DNA from: the human T2T-CHM13v2.0 reference genome, Homo sapiens | Direction: 5' to 3' (one strand) | Assembly: GCF_009914755.1 (NCBI RefSeq) | Contig: NC_060947.1 | DNA: 64,000 nucleotides | Shown here: positions 49,066 through 62,700 of the stretch, piece after piece | Numbering within the stretch: position 1 is the first letter of the stretch | Layout: the number at the start of each line of letters is the position of its first letter | Notes under the pieces: model-generated | Told to the model about the DNA's origin: nothing | What the model saw: only the letters and a program-made list of their open reading frames with translations | Database searches by the model: none | Translations under genes and position numbers: made by a program

Positions 49066-50586
49066 CTGAAATGTTCAGGAGAGGGAGGGAGGGAGAAATA
49101 AAAACGTCGTTTCTATTTTGCCACCAATGGCCAGCAGTTAATCAAACCAGTTCTTCCAAGAGAATGACTTGTCCTCCTATGGTGCTTGGCTTTTAAATGA
49201 GTAGCAGAGTCCATCTCCACTAGGGCAGAAAAGAAACCTCAGTGTCCAGTAGCTGTGTCCGGAAGGCCAGGCCAGTCTCCAGTGATGGAAATGTTCAGGT
49301 CTGAGACTTGCTCTGTTCTGACCTCACAGCCCTAGAAAGCTACCACTTCCATTCCAAGTTGGAATGGTGGATGATGACAAAAGCCAAAACCACTGTCACC
49401 TTTAGGGTGCAAACTTTAAACTGCTATTAGTAGCAGGGGAGGTTAGTGAGGCTCACTGTCCCACATCCCAGAAGGGAGGGCAGTCATCATAAGGTAGGTT
49501 TTTGGTCAAAAAAAGAACACTCAGTGAGGCTCCCAATTTGAGTGCCTCAAGCTCAGATAGGTGGAGGGGAGGGGAAGAACCTTCTTTTCAACCAAGTCAT
49601 TAAGTATTTATTGTGTATCAACTATTCCACACATTTGTCAGCCTCATACTAGACACAATAAGGGCTACAAAGACACATAAAATATAATTCCTGCCCTCAT
49701 GGAGCTTACACTCTGATCATCTGATCAATGGTCCATCCATTCTTGGAGTAGGAAAGTAGACTGCCCTTCCCAACACAGAGCGCAACCCTTCTCCAAGCAG
49801 AAGATGCCTCCACTTGCTTTCTTGGCACTTCCACTGCCCCAGTGTCTCAGTAAAAAAAACTCATAGACTTACATTATATAGACTGGATGCAAATGAATAA
49901 TAGACCTGGATTTGAGATAGTCCTTATGTCTAATTTCTGCCTGGACTCTCTGCAAAGCCTTGTCAGCCTAATCAAAATGATTCTAAGACTCAGGAGTTTA
50001 AGTGACATGCACATGAACCACATTCCTATCTTCTATCCTGGCCTATGTATGATTCATTCATATCACTTAAAGGAAAGGCTTAATCCACACCAGTGACTCC
50101 ATGAGAGGAGGAAAGCAATGCAAAAGAAGTACACAAACATCTCTGTATTTTGAGAGCATGTTCAAAACATTCAAGTTTTTAAAAACTCCACAAAACCACA
50201 AAGTGATTAATTTAACATTATTTCCTTGCAATGTTGCCAAAAATAAAGTGAACAGATATAGAGTGAACAAACACGGAAATGTGTCTTTCCATCTTGTTTT
50301 GGCACAACATATAATCATGATCAAAAGCAAAATCATCTCAAATCTGCAAGGTAATTATTTTAGGGTATCTCCCCTAATTTTGAAGCAGAGGAACAACTTC
50401 TAATTGGAATCAAAGCTGGACTGTTAACAGAGCTATGGTACATAACCACCGTGCTTCTATTGTCCAATTCTGAACAAAACACTCATCCTTTTTTTTCCAA
50501 CTGAAACACCAGAAAACAGCCCAAGGCTTTTAAACGCGAGTCCCTGGAGAGAAACTACCATATGATTTTTTTCCAGTACTACTTAG

Positions 50587-51001
<415 letters not shown>

Positions 51002-52084
51002 CCTCCATATCCTTTTCAAAACCCAAATCACTTTATGTTAACTGGACACAGATCGTTCCCCTACCCTCTCACCCTCCTCCTGCCATCTTTGTCTCTTGTT
51101 TAAAAAAGAAATCAGCCTAAGAAAAAAGCTTTGCAGAGTCCTCTCCAGTTTACTATTTTTTTCTTAAAGAACTTATGTTCATCTACATGTCAAGAGTCAC
51201 ATAATGAGGAAAACACTACTCCATTTATTTGAGAAAGGAAAGGAAAAGACTCCTTGTTTCATGCACAAGAACTAAAACAGTATGAACACTATAACCTTTA
51301 ATCTCCCTGTAGCTTTAATCATGCCACTGCCAGGGGTCTGACATCATCTTCAATCAATAAAATAACCTTGTTTGTCCTGGGCACACAGACTGTCTCTGAG
51401 AATATTTGATAGGAAAAAAAGAATAATTGCGGTTCTGTCTTTAAAAATGCAATTTGAATCTATATAATCAACTCTTCTGTAACAACAACAGGGAAGCAAG
51501 GCCAAGCTAAATTCTTACTCCATTTGCAGTCATTGGCCTCTCCCAATACACCTGTGAGGTTGAGCCAAAACACATTAATGTTTCCCAAGACAAGTCCCAG
51601 AAAATCAACATTACAAGGTGGTCAGGACAGACCAAACTCCCACCCTTCAAATAAATTTTGCAATATGCCTATAAGATCTTCTTTCTATCCCCTCTTCTAA
51701 ACCCTCCCACATTCTGCCCCTACCTCTCATTCTACCAACCAGGATAAAGAATCTAAGTCTAAGAAAGCTGTTTCTCTGCTAAATCTTGGTCAACTTGTTT
51801 CATCCAATTTGACTCCCAGATAAATGGAAGGGGGCCAGTTCAAAGTTTTCCCTGTACCTATGTGTATGTATTTGTGCAAACACACACACACACATAACCT
51901 CTCACAAAAAGTGAGGCCCCAGTAAATTCTTATGTTCTCTCAGGTTGGTCCATATTGTAGCCAAAGTACCCTAGAGAATAACTTTCCCAACAGTCTTGCA
52001 ACCCAAGATACCAATTCACTTCATTTAGGATGTGAAAAACAATGGTCCTTTTGCAGGTTATCTCAATGGATAGGCATCATAAAC

Positions 52085-52335
52085 ACCGTGGCACAGAGTC
52101 TGGGCCTAGAGTCACACTGCCCAAGTTTAAATCCTGGATGTATGGCTTACTAACAGACCTTGTACATGTCTCTTGATCTCCCAAGTCTCAATTTCATCAT
52201 CTGCAAAATAGGGATAATGGTGTTCATACTAGATAGGGTTGTTATAAAGATTAAGGGAATTAATCCATGTAAAGTGCTAAGCATGGAGCCTGGCACATAG
52301 TAAGGCCTCAATAAAAGTAAGCTATTACTATAATT
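52085..52335 (+). mobile_element. MIR
   Basis: tctcaatttcatcatctgcaaaatagggataat...tgtaaagtgctaagca..gcctggcacatagtaag..ctcaataaa. Confidence 0.8.
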
Positions 52336-53035
52336 GTTATTTCAAAGTAGCCTTTTTTTTTTTAGAAGTGTACAGCAATTTTATGAAGAAAGGTTGTTTT
52401 TTTGAAAAACAAAAACAAAAAAACTTTATTTGCAACTCAGTCTACTACACAGGGGTCCTTAGATCATTGAAAGCCAGAACTGGAAAGGGAGACCACCTAG
52501 TGGTCCCACCCTCTTCTTGTATAGATGAAGATGCCAGGGCCTCAAAGGGTAAGAGAGAGCCAGGACCAAAATGAAAGTTTTTATAACGCCTAGGGCAAGA
52601 GCCCTTCCACTACAACATATTATCTAGCATTATTTGCTTGTACAAAGGAGATGCTTAATAACTATTTATTACATAGAATTGACCCTGATTTTAAAAGACT
52701 ATAAACCTGCTTTAACGCTACCACTGATTTTCCAGTTCCATTGGAAGTAAAATGTTAATGGAAGGAAGGAAAATTCAAGGCAGTAAGGGGGAAGTGTTTA
52801 GCTAGAAGTACTACTATAGAAAGGCTTTGCAAATTCGCTTTTTAGGCTAAGATGTGAGGTGGATTGAACAGCAACATGAACCTCCACAGATGGATGTTTC
52901 CAGGCCCCCTGTTCCAGGTCTGTTCAATATCATACCAGCTTGGCATTTGCTCTTACCTAACTCTAGCACTAGTTCAAGAAAAGGCTTAAGAGAAGAGTCA
53001 GCCCCAACTCTTCTTTGTTCCTATCTCTACCTCTA

Positions 53036-53413
53036 TGATATAGTTTGGATGTGTGTCCCTGCCCAAATCTCATGTTGAATTGTGAGGTTTGGTGGGAGGT
53101 GATTGGATCATGGGGGCAGATCTTCTTGGTGCTGTTCTGATAGTGAGTTCTCATGAGATCTGGTTGTTTAAAAATGTGTGGCATCTTCCCCCGTTGTCTC
53201 TTGCTCTCGCTTTTGCCATGTGATGTGCCTGCTCCCCCATCGCCTTCTGCCATGATTGCAAGCTTCCTGAGGCCCCCGCCCCAAAGCCAAGTAGATGTTC
53301 GCACCATGCTTCCCATAAAGCCTGCAGAACTGTGAGCCCATTAAAACTCTTTTCTTTATAAATTACCCTGTCTCCGGTACTTCTTTATAGCAATGCAAGG
53401 ACAGCTTAATACA
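53036..53413 (+). mobile_element. ERVL-MaLR solo LTR (MSTA-like)
   Basis: TGATA..GTTTGGAT..CCCAAATCTCATGTTGAATTGT start, ...CTTTATAGCAATGCAAG..AATACA end, exact 5-bp TSD CTCTA (53031-35 / 53414-18). Confidence 0.9.
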
Positions 53414-53899
53414 CTCTATTGCAAACATCACAATTATTTTTGAACACCCTATTAGATTAGGTTGAAAAATTATTTTAAGAACCACAGCAAGGCCTTGGCA
53501 TTTCCAAATCTTACTGAGGATCAGTGTGAGAGATCCGTTTCTGGGATGGTAACTCAAGGTCTTGGTCGTTTTTGGTCCCAGTTTGACTTTGCTTTGCTCT
53601 GAAGCAATTACCTTAAACATGTTTATAGGCAACAAAGGTGATCAACCCTGAAGTGGATGTGAGCAGTGACATACTGGGTAGCAAGGAGAATCCTGTTGCC
53701 ACCTCCCTCTATCTCCCAGCACACACATCCATTCCAAAAGAGGAGTAGACCACACCATCACATCCCCTTCTTTATTATCTCGAGAAAAGTATAAAGAGTC
53801 CCTGTAATTAGATGGAGCCTAAAATGAGAAAAGTTTAAGAATATACCTAGAAGCTGCCTGCTTGACCAATCTTTAACCGCCAATGCCAGACCACCCATT

Positions 53900-54370
53900 T
53901 TCATATCTACTTATATTTTATTTTACAAGTAATATAAGCACAGCATGCATTTATTTTTAATAAAGAAAAAAATCACTTATAATCCAAGCACCTCAACTTA
54001 AGCACTGTTAACATTATATTTCCTTTAGTTTTCCTATGTGTATTTGGGTTTTTACAAGCAATGAATTATTAATAAGATGTAATTTTGGATCCTGCATTTC
54101 ACCTCACCATAAATACTTTTTCCATGTTGTGGCATAACTTCATAACATCGTAATGGCTGCATAATAGTGCATTAAACAAGTGTATCAGCATTCACTTACC
54201 CATTCTTCAATTATTAAGACATGTAAATTGCTTCCAATTTTATGCTAATCTAAATAATGTTACAAAAACATCTTTGTGATTTAACCTTTTTCAATATTGT
54301 AGATTGTTTCTTCATGATAGAATCCCAGAAGTGAAACTGATGGGTCAAGAAGCATAAATGTTTTTAGACA
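53900..54370 (-). mobile_element. Old L1ME-like fragment
   Basis: taatggctgcataatagt, ttgcttccaatttt, atagaatcccagaagtgaaactgatgggtcaa motifs; approximate. Confidence 0.6.
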
Positions 54371-55289
54371 ACCCACTAAAAAATAAAATTAGCAAAACAC
54401 CAGAGTCCCATGAAATCCCTCCCTCATTTAATGAAAAATTCTCCCGCTCTCATTTTTCCACCAGGGCAGAGCAGGGCTCCTGGGAGGGAAAGAAGCCAAG
54501 AGAAGCAGTGTAGTATCCCAGTGGCTTGCGAAATGGCAGAGTGGAATGCGGGCTCCCCTGTGAATCCAGCTTGCATGCACTTGCCCCAAATTGCCACCCA
54601 GCCAAGAAGCTAATTAGTAAAAGCATCAGGTGGGTGAAAACAGGTTCATGGCCTGTAATAGCTTATATCATCTTTCATTTTTGCCCTTGGAAAGATCTGA
54701 CAGTCAGCTTGAAGACATTCAGTTCTTGTGACCCAACCTGCTTACATTCTGAGAATTGAATTTGTCAGTTTTTAGATCCCAATCTTCAATATATCTTAAG
54801 GGACATTTTGCTGTATAGAACTAAGCAGGCATGATCAATGAGCCTGTGTGTGTAGCTCTATTTTCAGCCTCAGTTAAGGTGGCACATTTAAGGTCAGCCC
54901 TGTTTAATACTAGATGACTAAGTGACACCTGTCTTAAATGGTCAATGTATTATAGACAGAGGTTGATTTGCAGACCTGACCATAAAAATCATCCGGTCCT
55001 AAAGCAGGGGAGGCAATAGGTCAGAGATGCCCCTGGTTTAACAACAGTGGACACAACAGGCATTCCTTCCGTGACTTCTTAGCCAGAACTCTCAAAATAA
55101 GGCAGTTCTGCTGTCCATCTTCTCTTTGAAGATTTTTCCCTAATCCCTCTCCATCTATTCCTGACCTCAACTCTGCTCAACATGGAAAATGAATTCTCTA
55201 TGATGACACTTATCACAGCAAATTTTCCATAAACTTTTACTGAGCACTTACTGTAGCCAGACATTGTGCTAGGTAAGGCCTAGGGTGGC

Positions 55290-55291
55290 AA

Positions 55292-55338
<47 letters not shown>

Positions 55339-55340
55339 AA
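55290..55340. repeat. (TAAA)~12 tetranucleotide repeat
   Basis: Direct reading. Confidence 0.95.
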
Positions 55341-56141
55341 AGAGAGCCCAGTACTTGAGGAGCTCCCAGTCAGGCAGAGGAGGCCCAATTCAACGGGAAA
55401 ACAGAGGTATGAGCTAATAGCTCCGGCAACACATAGGGCTCTGCAAAAAACCCTGGGCTACCTGAAAAAGCTCCCAAGAGGAGGAAAATATCAAAAACCT
55501 ATAAGCTGAGTAGAAGACATGGAGTGTGATGACCAATTTGACATCAAAGATAGGTTGAGATATATCTTTGGGAGTCATTAGCATATGGATGACAGCTAAG
55601 GTCATAAGAGAGGGCTGGACCATATTGACTAGGAACAGAACAGAACCCAGGATGAAACTAAACATGGACTTCTGGGGAAAAAAAAAAAAAGATCATTCAA
55701 GGGTTAGGTACTTTGCAAATGTGGGAGGGAAAGAAATTCCTTTATTTATCCCGATGGCCTTTCCTCCCATATATCTCCAAGCTAGACCTTGCAATACACA
55801 GCTCCAGGGACAGAAATCCCCAGCTGTAGTGTGGAGAGAAAAAAAGAAGTTAACTCTCACCTTTTAAGCTTCTGAGTGCCCTGGTAGCAATCACTATTAC
55901 GGGTTGAGCCAGAAATGGAAAGGGAAGTTGCTAGACTGTAAGATCTTAGAGGGCATGGGCGGGGTGCGTGATTTTTCATTGTATGCATCCCAATACCTAA
56001 AACATTAACTGGTACATAAAATGTGCTTAATAGTTGCATACTGAGTGAATGATAACTTCCCCAAAACTTTGCTAGAGGCCACAGCAGGAGAAGAAAACAA
56101 AGAAAGACATGGAATAACAATAATAATAATGTTATTATTAC

Positions 56142-56218
56142 CTTTAGTTTCTCAGCCTTCCTTCTAAGGAGACAAAAGCTCTTTCACTCTGCTATCTTAT
56201 TTGTCCTTCTTAGCAGCT
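56142..56218 (-). other. AMOT: Probable AMOT 5'UTR exon (77 nt), overlapping a MIR
   Basis: Acceptor cctttatttccccacAG|, donor AAG|GTAATA; no ATG. Confidence 0.6.
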
Positions 56219-57326
56219 CTGTGGGGAAATAAAGGCAGATGTGATTAATTCCATTTTAGAACTGGAGAGGGAAGCTCAAGTCCAGAACAGATAGCTAATC
56301 ATAACTAATTGGACCAGAATTTCACTGTTGCCCATTGGTAGGGCCAGCATTGGAACCCAGGTCTTGCGACTTCCTGCCCTGTGCTTGGTTCTAAGACATA
56401 ACCCTCCACAGAATTGCCCCTCCAGTTTTTAAGAGGACAGTTCACAAGAGAAATTCATTAGGAAAGCAAACTCCTGAAACACTCTAACAGTATCTTGAGC
56501 AAGTGAGTGAGCTGCATCTAAAAGAAAGTAATCTGTTTCCCCACGCCAACACTGGGATGACTAAACCCAGTTCCCAGTGGGGCTCTACTAACATAATTGA
56601 GAGCTCCCTGTTTCGCTGTGCCCCTTTTCAAGGGAGCCCCATCTGCCTTCAGTCTGGTTTTTGTGTCTGAGTGGGGCTCAGGTGCTGACTGCAGGTGTGG
56701 CATCCAGCAGGTGTATGGACAGGAGCCAGCATTTCATATCTTCATACCAAAGGGCCTGAGTCACTCTCTGAAGGCAGAAGGCAGCCCCTCCTCCTCCTGC
56801 TGTTGCCTTGCAAGCACAGGGAACCTGCCTTGCCTGAGGTGCCACTGCAGAACTGAATCTAAACCCTGCCTTCCCAAGAAGGACTAAGGTGAGATTAAAC
56901 CACAAATCATATAACCCAGCTAACTTTCTTATTTGCACAAACTACTGCAGGCATACACCTACACCGTGGGCACAGCATATGGGAACCTAGGTACAGAATG
57001 ACCGTCACCTAAAGTGATGCGGGGAAAGGAGGGCCACAACTGGCCCATATTTTACATTTGGCTATAAAGCATTGACTCTACTGCAAATGGCCCTAAAATC
57101 TCAGAAGCAAGTACTCACCCCCCTAAAAAAAGGTGGAGTACAGTAAAAAGAACCTGCTAGAAATCTTGCACTCCTGTTCTCACCATAACCTCTTTCCTTC
57201 AGGCTTCCAAGGGAGAACCACTTAGCCTGGTCACAGAAAGCACCAGGTCAGAAAATTCATCATGTTCCCCTAACCAAAGCCCAACTGGTCCCAGCCTGAG
57301 GCAGACAGAATGTTCCTGGGAGTAAA

Positions 57327-57340
57327 GGGGGGGGGGGGGG
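57327..57340 (+). repeat. G14 homopolymer
   Basis: Direct reading. Confidence 0.9.
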
Positions 57341-59436
57341 TCATCAAAATTTTCTTAGCTTCAAAAACTGTTTGCTTTTTAAAAAAACAATCTGCCTCCC
57401 CTACTCTCTCTCTCAGGCACACACACATAGACCAAAGAGAAACTAATTGTAGAAGAAAAAAATGAAATCTTACCTTAATAAAATGGTTTGTTGTCATTTG
57501 TTCTATTTCCCTAATTCATACGGGAAATTCAAATAAGCTTTGGTTTATAGCCCATGATCCAGAAAGCAAAACTGGCTACCACACTAAAATGTGATCATTG
57601 TATATAAACATAGTAAAACAAAACTCTGAACTGAAAATCTAAATGTAATAAAGAGGAATTAGGTTTCTTCAAAACAGGCAATCTAAATAATTTTCCCCAT
57701 CTGTGATTTTTATCTTAGTTTGCTATCACATGGAACAAATGTCACTAATTCAATGCAAATACATGCCCCTTGAAAACAACCAAAATGAGTAAGGGATGTA
57801 CTAATTAGCTTCCTAATGGGGAAGGTTTTAATTGAGCTATTCTTTAACAATCTTCATCAAAGTTTCCAGGGCAACTTCATAAAAGGATGTCAAACCTGGC
57901 CCATATTTTTATTCCCTTAAAAATAATTTTCAATACACAGAAACACAGAAAGCTGATTTCTCTTCAATGCTGTTAACACTCAGGCCACTACATTTTCTGA
58001 TGTCAGCAATCCCCTTCCCACAAATATTCCAAGTATGCACCACCGTCATTCTCCTTTCAATTATGTGGTTTCTCTGCTCCTTTACTGATTGAGTCCAGGC
58101 CTCTCGGATAATGAGAAGCATGTGCAGGGAAAATATGCTCTTAAAAAACACATACATCAGTTTTATCTGCATTATAAAGAGGAGAGCAGATCGTTTGTCC
58201 ATATCAAAAAGATTGAAATGTGAAGTTTGCTATGGGGTATATATAAGGGGAAAAAAAGATCAGTATCAATGCCTAAGGTTGATAGGGGGGCGGCACAGTT
58301 ATTGTGATCTGATGTGACACCAATAAGAAGAAGGGAGACTCTCCACCAAATCCACCCTTTCTAGCTTGGCCACATTTATATTTCATGTTATCTTAATGTT
58401 TCTTTTGGGGGTATTTAAGTTCTGACATACACATGGAAATGAGCCACGAATTGTACAGCAAGCATAAATATTCCATCATTAATAAAATCCAGCTGTGTAT
58501 AAAACACTACAATGGCTGGGTTTCAGTTACTGGCTATCATCAGTATGTGTCACAAGCAAATATTACTGAAAACTTTCTCCCTTAAAACGTGCATGCGCAC
58601 ACACACAGAAGTTTGCTTTATTCTTTTTCATCTTTTGGAGGAGCTTTGAATAACTCACTGATCTCTATAGCCCTTTTCAACTAACGTTTCTTTTTGAAGC
58701 TATTTTTCACCACCCTGTAAGATGCTAGAGTCCTCTTATTTGTACCTCAACTTACCACACAGTACAAAACTGTTTAATTTTTTTTCCAAAAAGCCGAGAG
58801 GGCCAATAATACAAATGTTGGGTTAATGGTAATTACAGTCAGTAAGGCAATGGGGCACCAAAGGGCACTGTATGTTATAAGAGAGCAAAGCTCATTAAAA
58901 AGGAACACCTGCTCAAGACCCTATAATAAGCCTGCTCTGCCATCATGCAAACACCTTTCATCCAATGACCTCAAAGCATGTGCCCAATATGAAGCATGCC
59001 GAAACACCTCTGTGAGGTATTAATATCCTTGCTTCCCAGAAGGGTAACTGAAGCTTAGAGCAGCTAATTCATTTACCCTTGGTCACATGGTAAGACAGAG
59101 AGGGGCTGGGCAGAGAAAACCAGATCCTGGCTTCAAGTCACACAGGCTAATGATATTTCATGGAGTTAGGGCAAGAGTGAAAGTGCCTTTACAAATGTCA
59201 AGGCAAGCCCACAGACTTAAAAGAGTAGATTTTCAAGAATTGCCTTAGGAAACATTGGCAAATACACCCATTTGCATTTTCTCCAGGATCATATATTACA
59301 AAAAAAAAAAAGTTCCTGTTCCTCATTTGCTACTTTCTAAATACTAAAAACCCATACCACACTTTCTATTCCAGTTAGAGAAATTTAATCTAATTTATGA
59401 TGAGCCACTGGTTTCCAGGAATGAATCCATCAAATC

Positions 59437-59730
59437 TTTTTTTTTTTTTTGAGACGGAGTTTTGCTCTTGTTGCCCAGGCTGGAGTGCAATGGCGTGATC
59501 TTGGCTTACTGCAACCTCCGCCTCCCAGGTTCAAGCAATTTATTCCTCAGTTTCCTGAGTAGCTGGGATTACAGGCATGCGCCACCATACCCAGGTAATT
59601 CTGTATTTTTAGTAGAGACAGGGGTTTCACCATGTTGGTCAGGCTGGTCTTGAACTCCTGACCTTAGGTGATCCGCCCGCCTCTGCCTCCCAAATCGCTG
59701 GGATTACAGGTGTGAGCTACCATGCCTGGC
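59437..59730 (-). mobile_element. Alu (AluSp/Sq-like)
   Basis: Reverse Alu; TSD aatccatcaaatct. Confidence 0.93.
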
Positions 59731-62700
59731 TAATCCATCAAATCTCAGAGATCACATGTATACCACACCTTTGTTATCAAAGGAAAATTAAAGAACTATG
59801 AAATTTGACTACATGGTGAAGACCTCAGATGAAGAACCCATTATGTGTGGGCCATTCTGCTGCTGCACTTCTTGTCTTTTATTTAACTGTCTAAAATCCT
59901 TAGTTTCTTTGCTATCTTTTAGTCTAATTTAAACATATTATTTTCCATGCTACAAAACAAGTATATTTGTGCTTTCCTGCTTCTCCTTTCTCATTCTGGA
60001 GATTTCATATTCCACTCAAATTTATACTCACTTGATGGGATTTCACCATACAGTGACTTAAAAATCATTGCCAATGATTTAGACAAAGTAAACAGTGGAC
60101 CCTAGTTTTGTTGTTGTTGTTGTTAACAAGAATGGGGGAGGGATAACAGGAGGTCAAAGGAATTAAATTAACAGCCTTGCTAGATACATGAACAACTCCT
60201 GAATCACAGAGAGTGTTTAGGGATTACTTATTATATCCATTAGCCTCTCCTGGCATTTGAGAAACAAAATATATGGGAGTCTTCATGTGTCCTCGGTCAG
60301 ATTCTGACTTAGTTCCTCCACATGGGTTCACAAAGTTAAGTCTTGGGTGGGCTCTTATTGAAAAGCAACATTGTATATATCTGTGGCTCCAATTATCTAA
60401 AACTCATGTTAGTACAGGAACCAGGACTTGAAAGGAACTAGAAAAAATGAAAGCAGGTGATCTCTTAGGATGATGGAATTCTTGAAGTTTTGGACAGAGT
60501 CTTAGCTTCTTAATTTTGGGTTGTTAAAATGTAAAACATAATGCATCTATATTCATATATCCTTACAGGATCTTTTTTTCTTTAACATGATGACTAGATG
60601 ACTGAATTTCTAACAACTGTTGCACTTCATTCTAGTAGCAATCATTCACATTCATACTAGATATTGAGGCCTAGAAAGAAAACCATAAACGTATAAGAAC
60701 TGGCTCTCAAAATTACCCTGTCCAAACCCATAATTTACAGTGGAAAAAAAAAACTTAACAGAGGTAGTAAACCAAGTTACAGTTGGGCCTAGAGCCCAGG
60801 TCCTTCTCACCAATAGGCTCACTAGGAAATATTATTGCAGATTCTTAGGTTAAAGTGGCATCAGTCGCCATTATTTACTAGAAATAACTTTCTGGATCCC
60901 TGGGTTAGTCAAATACAGTAACTGGAAATAAAACATTTTACCTATATGGGGTGGATAGTCTCATCCTTAGAATTGTTCAAAATCTATAAAGTCTGATTTA
61001 TTTTCAAAAAGTAATACTAGCTTTCTTCTGCAAGCAGTTGTAGGCCAGAGCTAACGTGGCCAGCATTATTACAAGCCAGAATGATTTAGACAATTAACTA
61101 ACTCCATTCCATATAACAAAAAGATTTCAAAGGCCAAATAATGGCCTCACTTAATTTAAGCGATAATCATTACAAATTCTTATGTATTCCTTTATGCAAT
61201 AAATATGCTTCCGAGAAGGCCCAGTTAGAGTGAATTTTTATATATCAAGTCATAGTTTAAAGGCACTAACTAGGAAAGCTAGTACTTACAAAGAAAACCT
61301 GTTGTGGATTCTTTTATAAAGCAAATGACCTCCTATTTTCTTTCTTTCTTTTTCTTTTTCTTTTTTTTTGTTCAGATTGTGTGTGTTGTGTGTGGAAGGG
61401 GCGACTTCCCTCCTTTCTCTGGGTTAAAAGGGGTCAGAAGCCCACCATGGAGGAGAGTAATGCAGTATGGCCAGCCTGTTTAATACCCCCTTAGTTCCTG
61501 GGACAAAATTCTAACCTTTGACTTGGGGGTGGAACCCTAGAATTTGGACCAAAGTCCACAAAAGGCAGCAAGGAGGGAAAAGTAAGTAAGACTAAAGACA
61601 ACACATCATAGTAAAACACCAACAAAAATTCCTGGGGACAGGAAATCAATGGATCACAATTCTAAACAAATTGGTTTAGTCCCCAGCTAATTAACTTGTC
61701 AAGCAGATCACTAAACCTACTGAATCCATGGGAGAAAGAGATGATGTAATAGGAGATTTGGAAACATTTACCCATTTACCATCCTAAAAGGCTCCAGTAC
61801 GACCACACACACCTCTCCCCACCCCTTTCAGTGTTTAAGCTGGGCTTAATGGGTGCAAAGGACAATTTCTACCAGACAGTCCCCAAGAATAGACTGTTCT
61901 CATGCATTCCAAATGCTCAGTCTCCATGGAGGAGGCTACCTGGTCACAAGCATTTCCCAAGAGGGAATATATCCTCTATTCCTCCTCATTGGTAACAACT
62001 CCCCCACTCCACCCCCACGCCCCAAACAAAACAAAACAACTTCTAACCATCCTGAGAACTTCAGGGGACTTTTCTGGGGTAAAGGAAAAGAAGCGTTAAG
62101 AGGGGAACAGGAAAGTGTGAGAAACCCCTCTTGTCTCCAAATGGAAAAAAAGGCCTTAAAAAGCTGGATCAAAGGAAGAAAGGGGGATGGGGAAGAAGGG
62201 CCGCTTAATTACAAAGACACCCTTTTAAAGAAGGCGCAGGCCCTGGGAGAGGGCTCTTGGGAGAGGCACAGAAGCAGATGTACCCACTTAGAATTCTGGC
62301 ACTCAATGGGACCTCAAGGTCATAGTATCCATCCCCCTGCCTTCTGATTAGGCTATTCTTAAAGCATTCTAGAGTCTGATGCAGTCTTTACAAAACCTCA
62401 GAAAGAAAAAGCAACTCTACAAATGTCCTTGTTGGGAATTAGTCTAATAAATCAAACTTCATAAACCAGAAATGAAATTTTAATTTCCAAATCCAAAACT
62501 GCATTGACTATGAATTATTAAAATTCCCTTTCTAAAATCTTTTAAATAGGTAAACAGATCCACAAATTTCATGTAAAAGTGACTCCACATACAATTGTGG
62601 TCAGAGGTTTACTTCACATCTAGACTGTGAAGGTAGAAAAAGCACTTACAATTTTACAAAGCCACGAACTTTTCCAAGGAAAGAAGTAATTTAAAATGAA

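Noticed and set aside
61853-62347. 164-aa plus-strand ORF in the first intron
   Set aside because: GTG start, no recognisable homology or exon structure; length within chance for 64 kb in six frames
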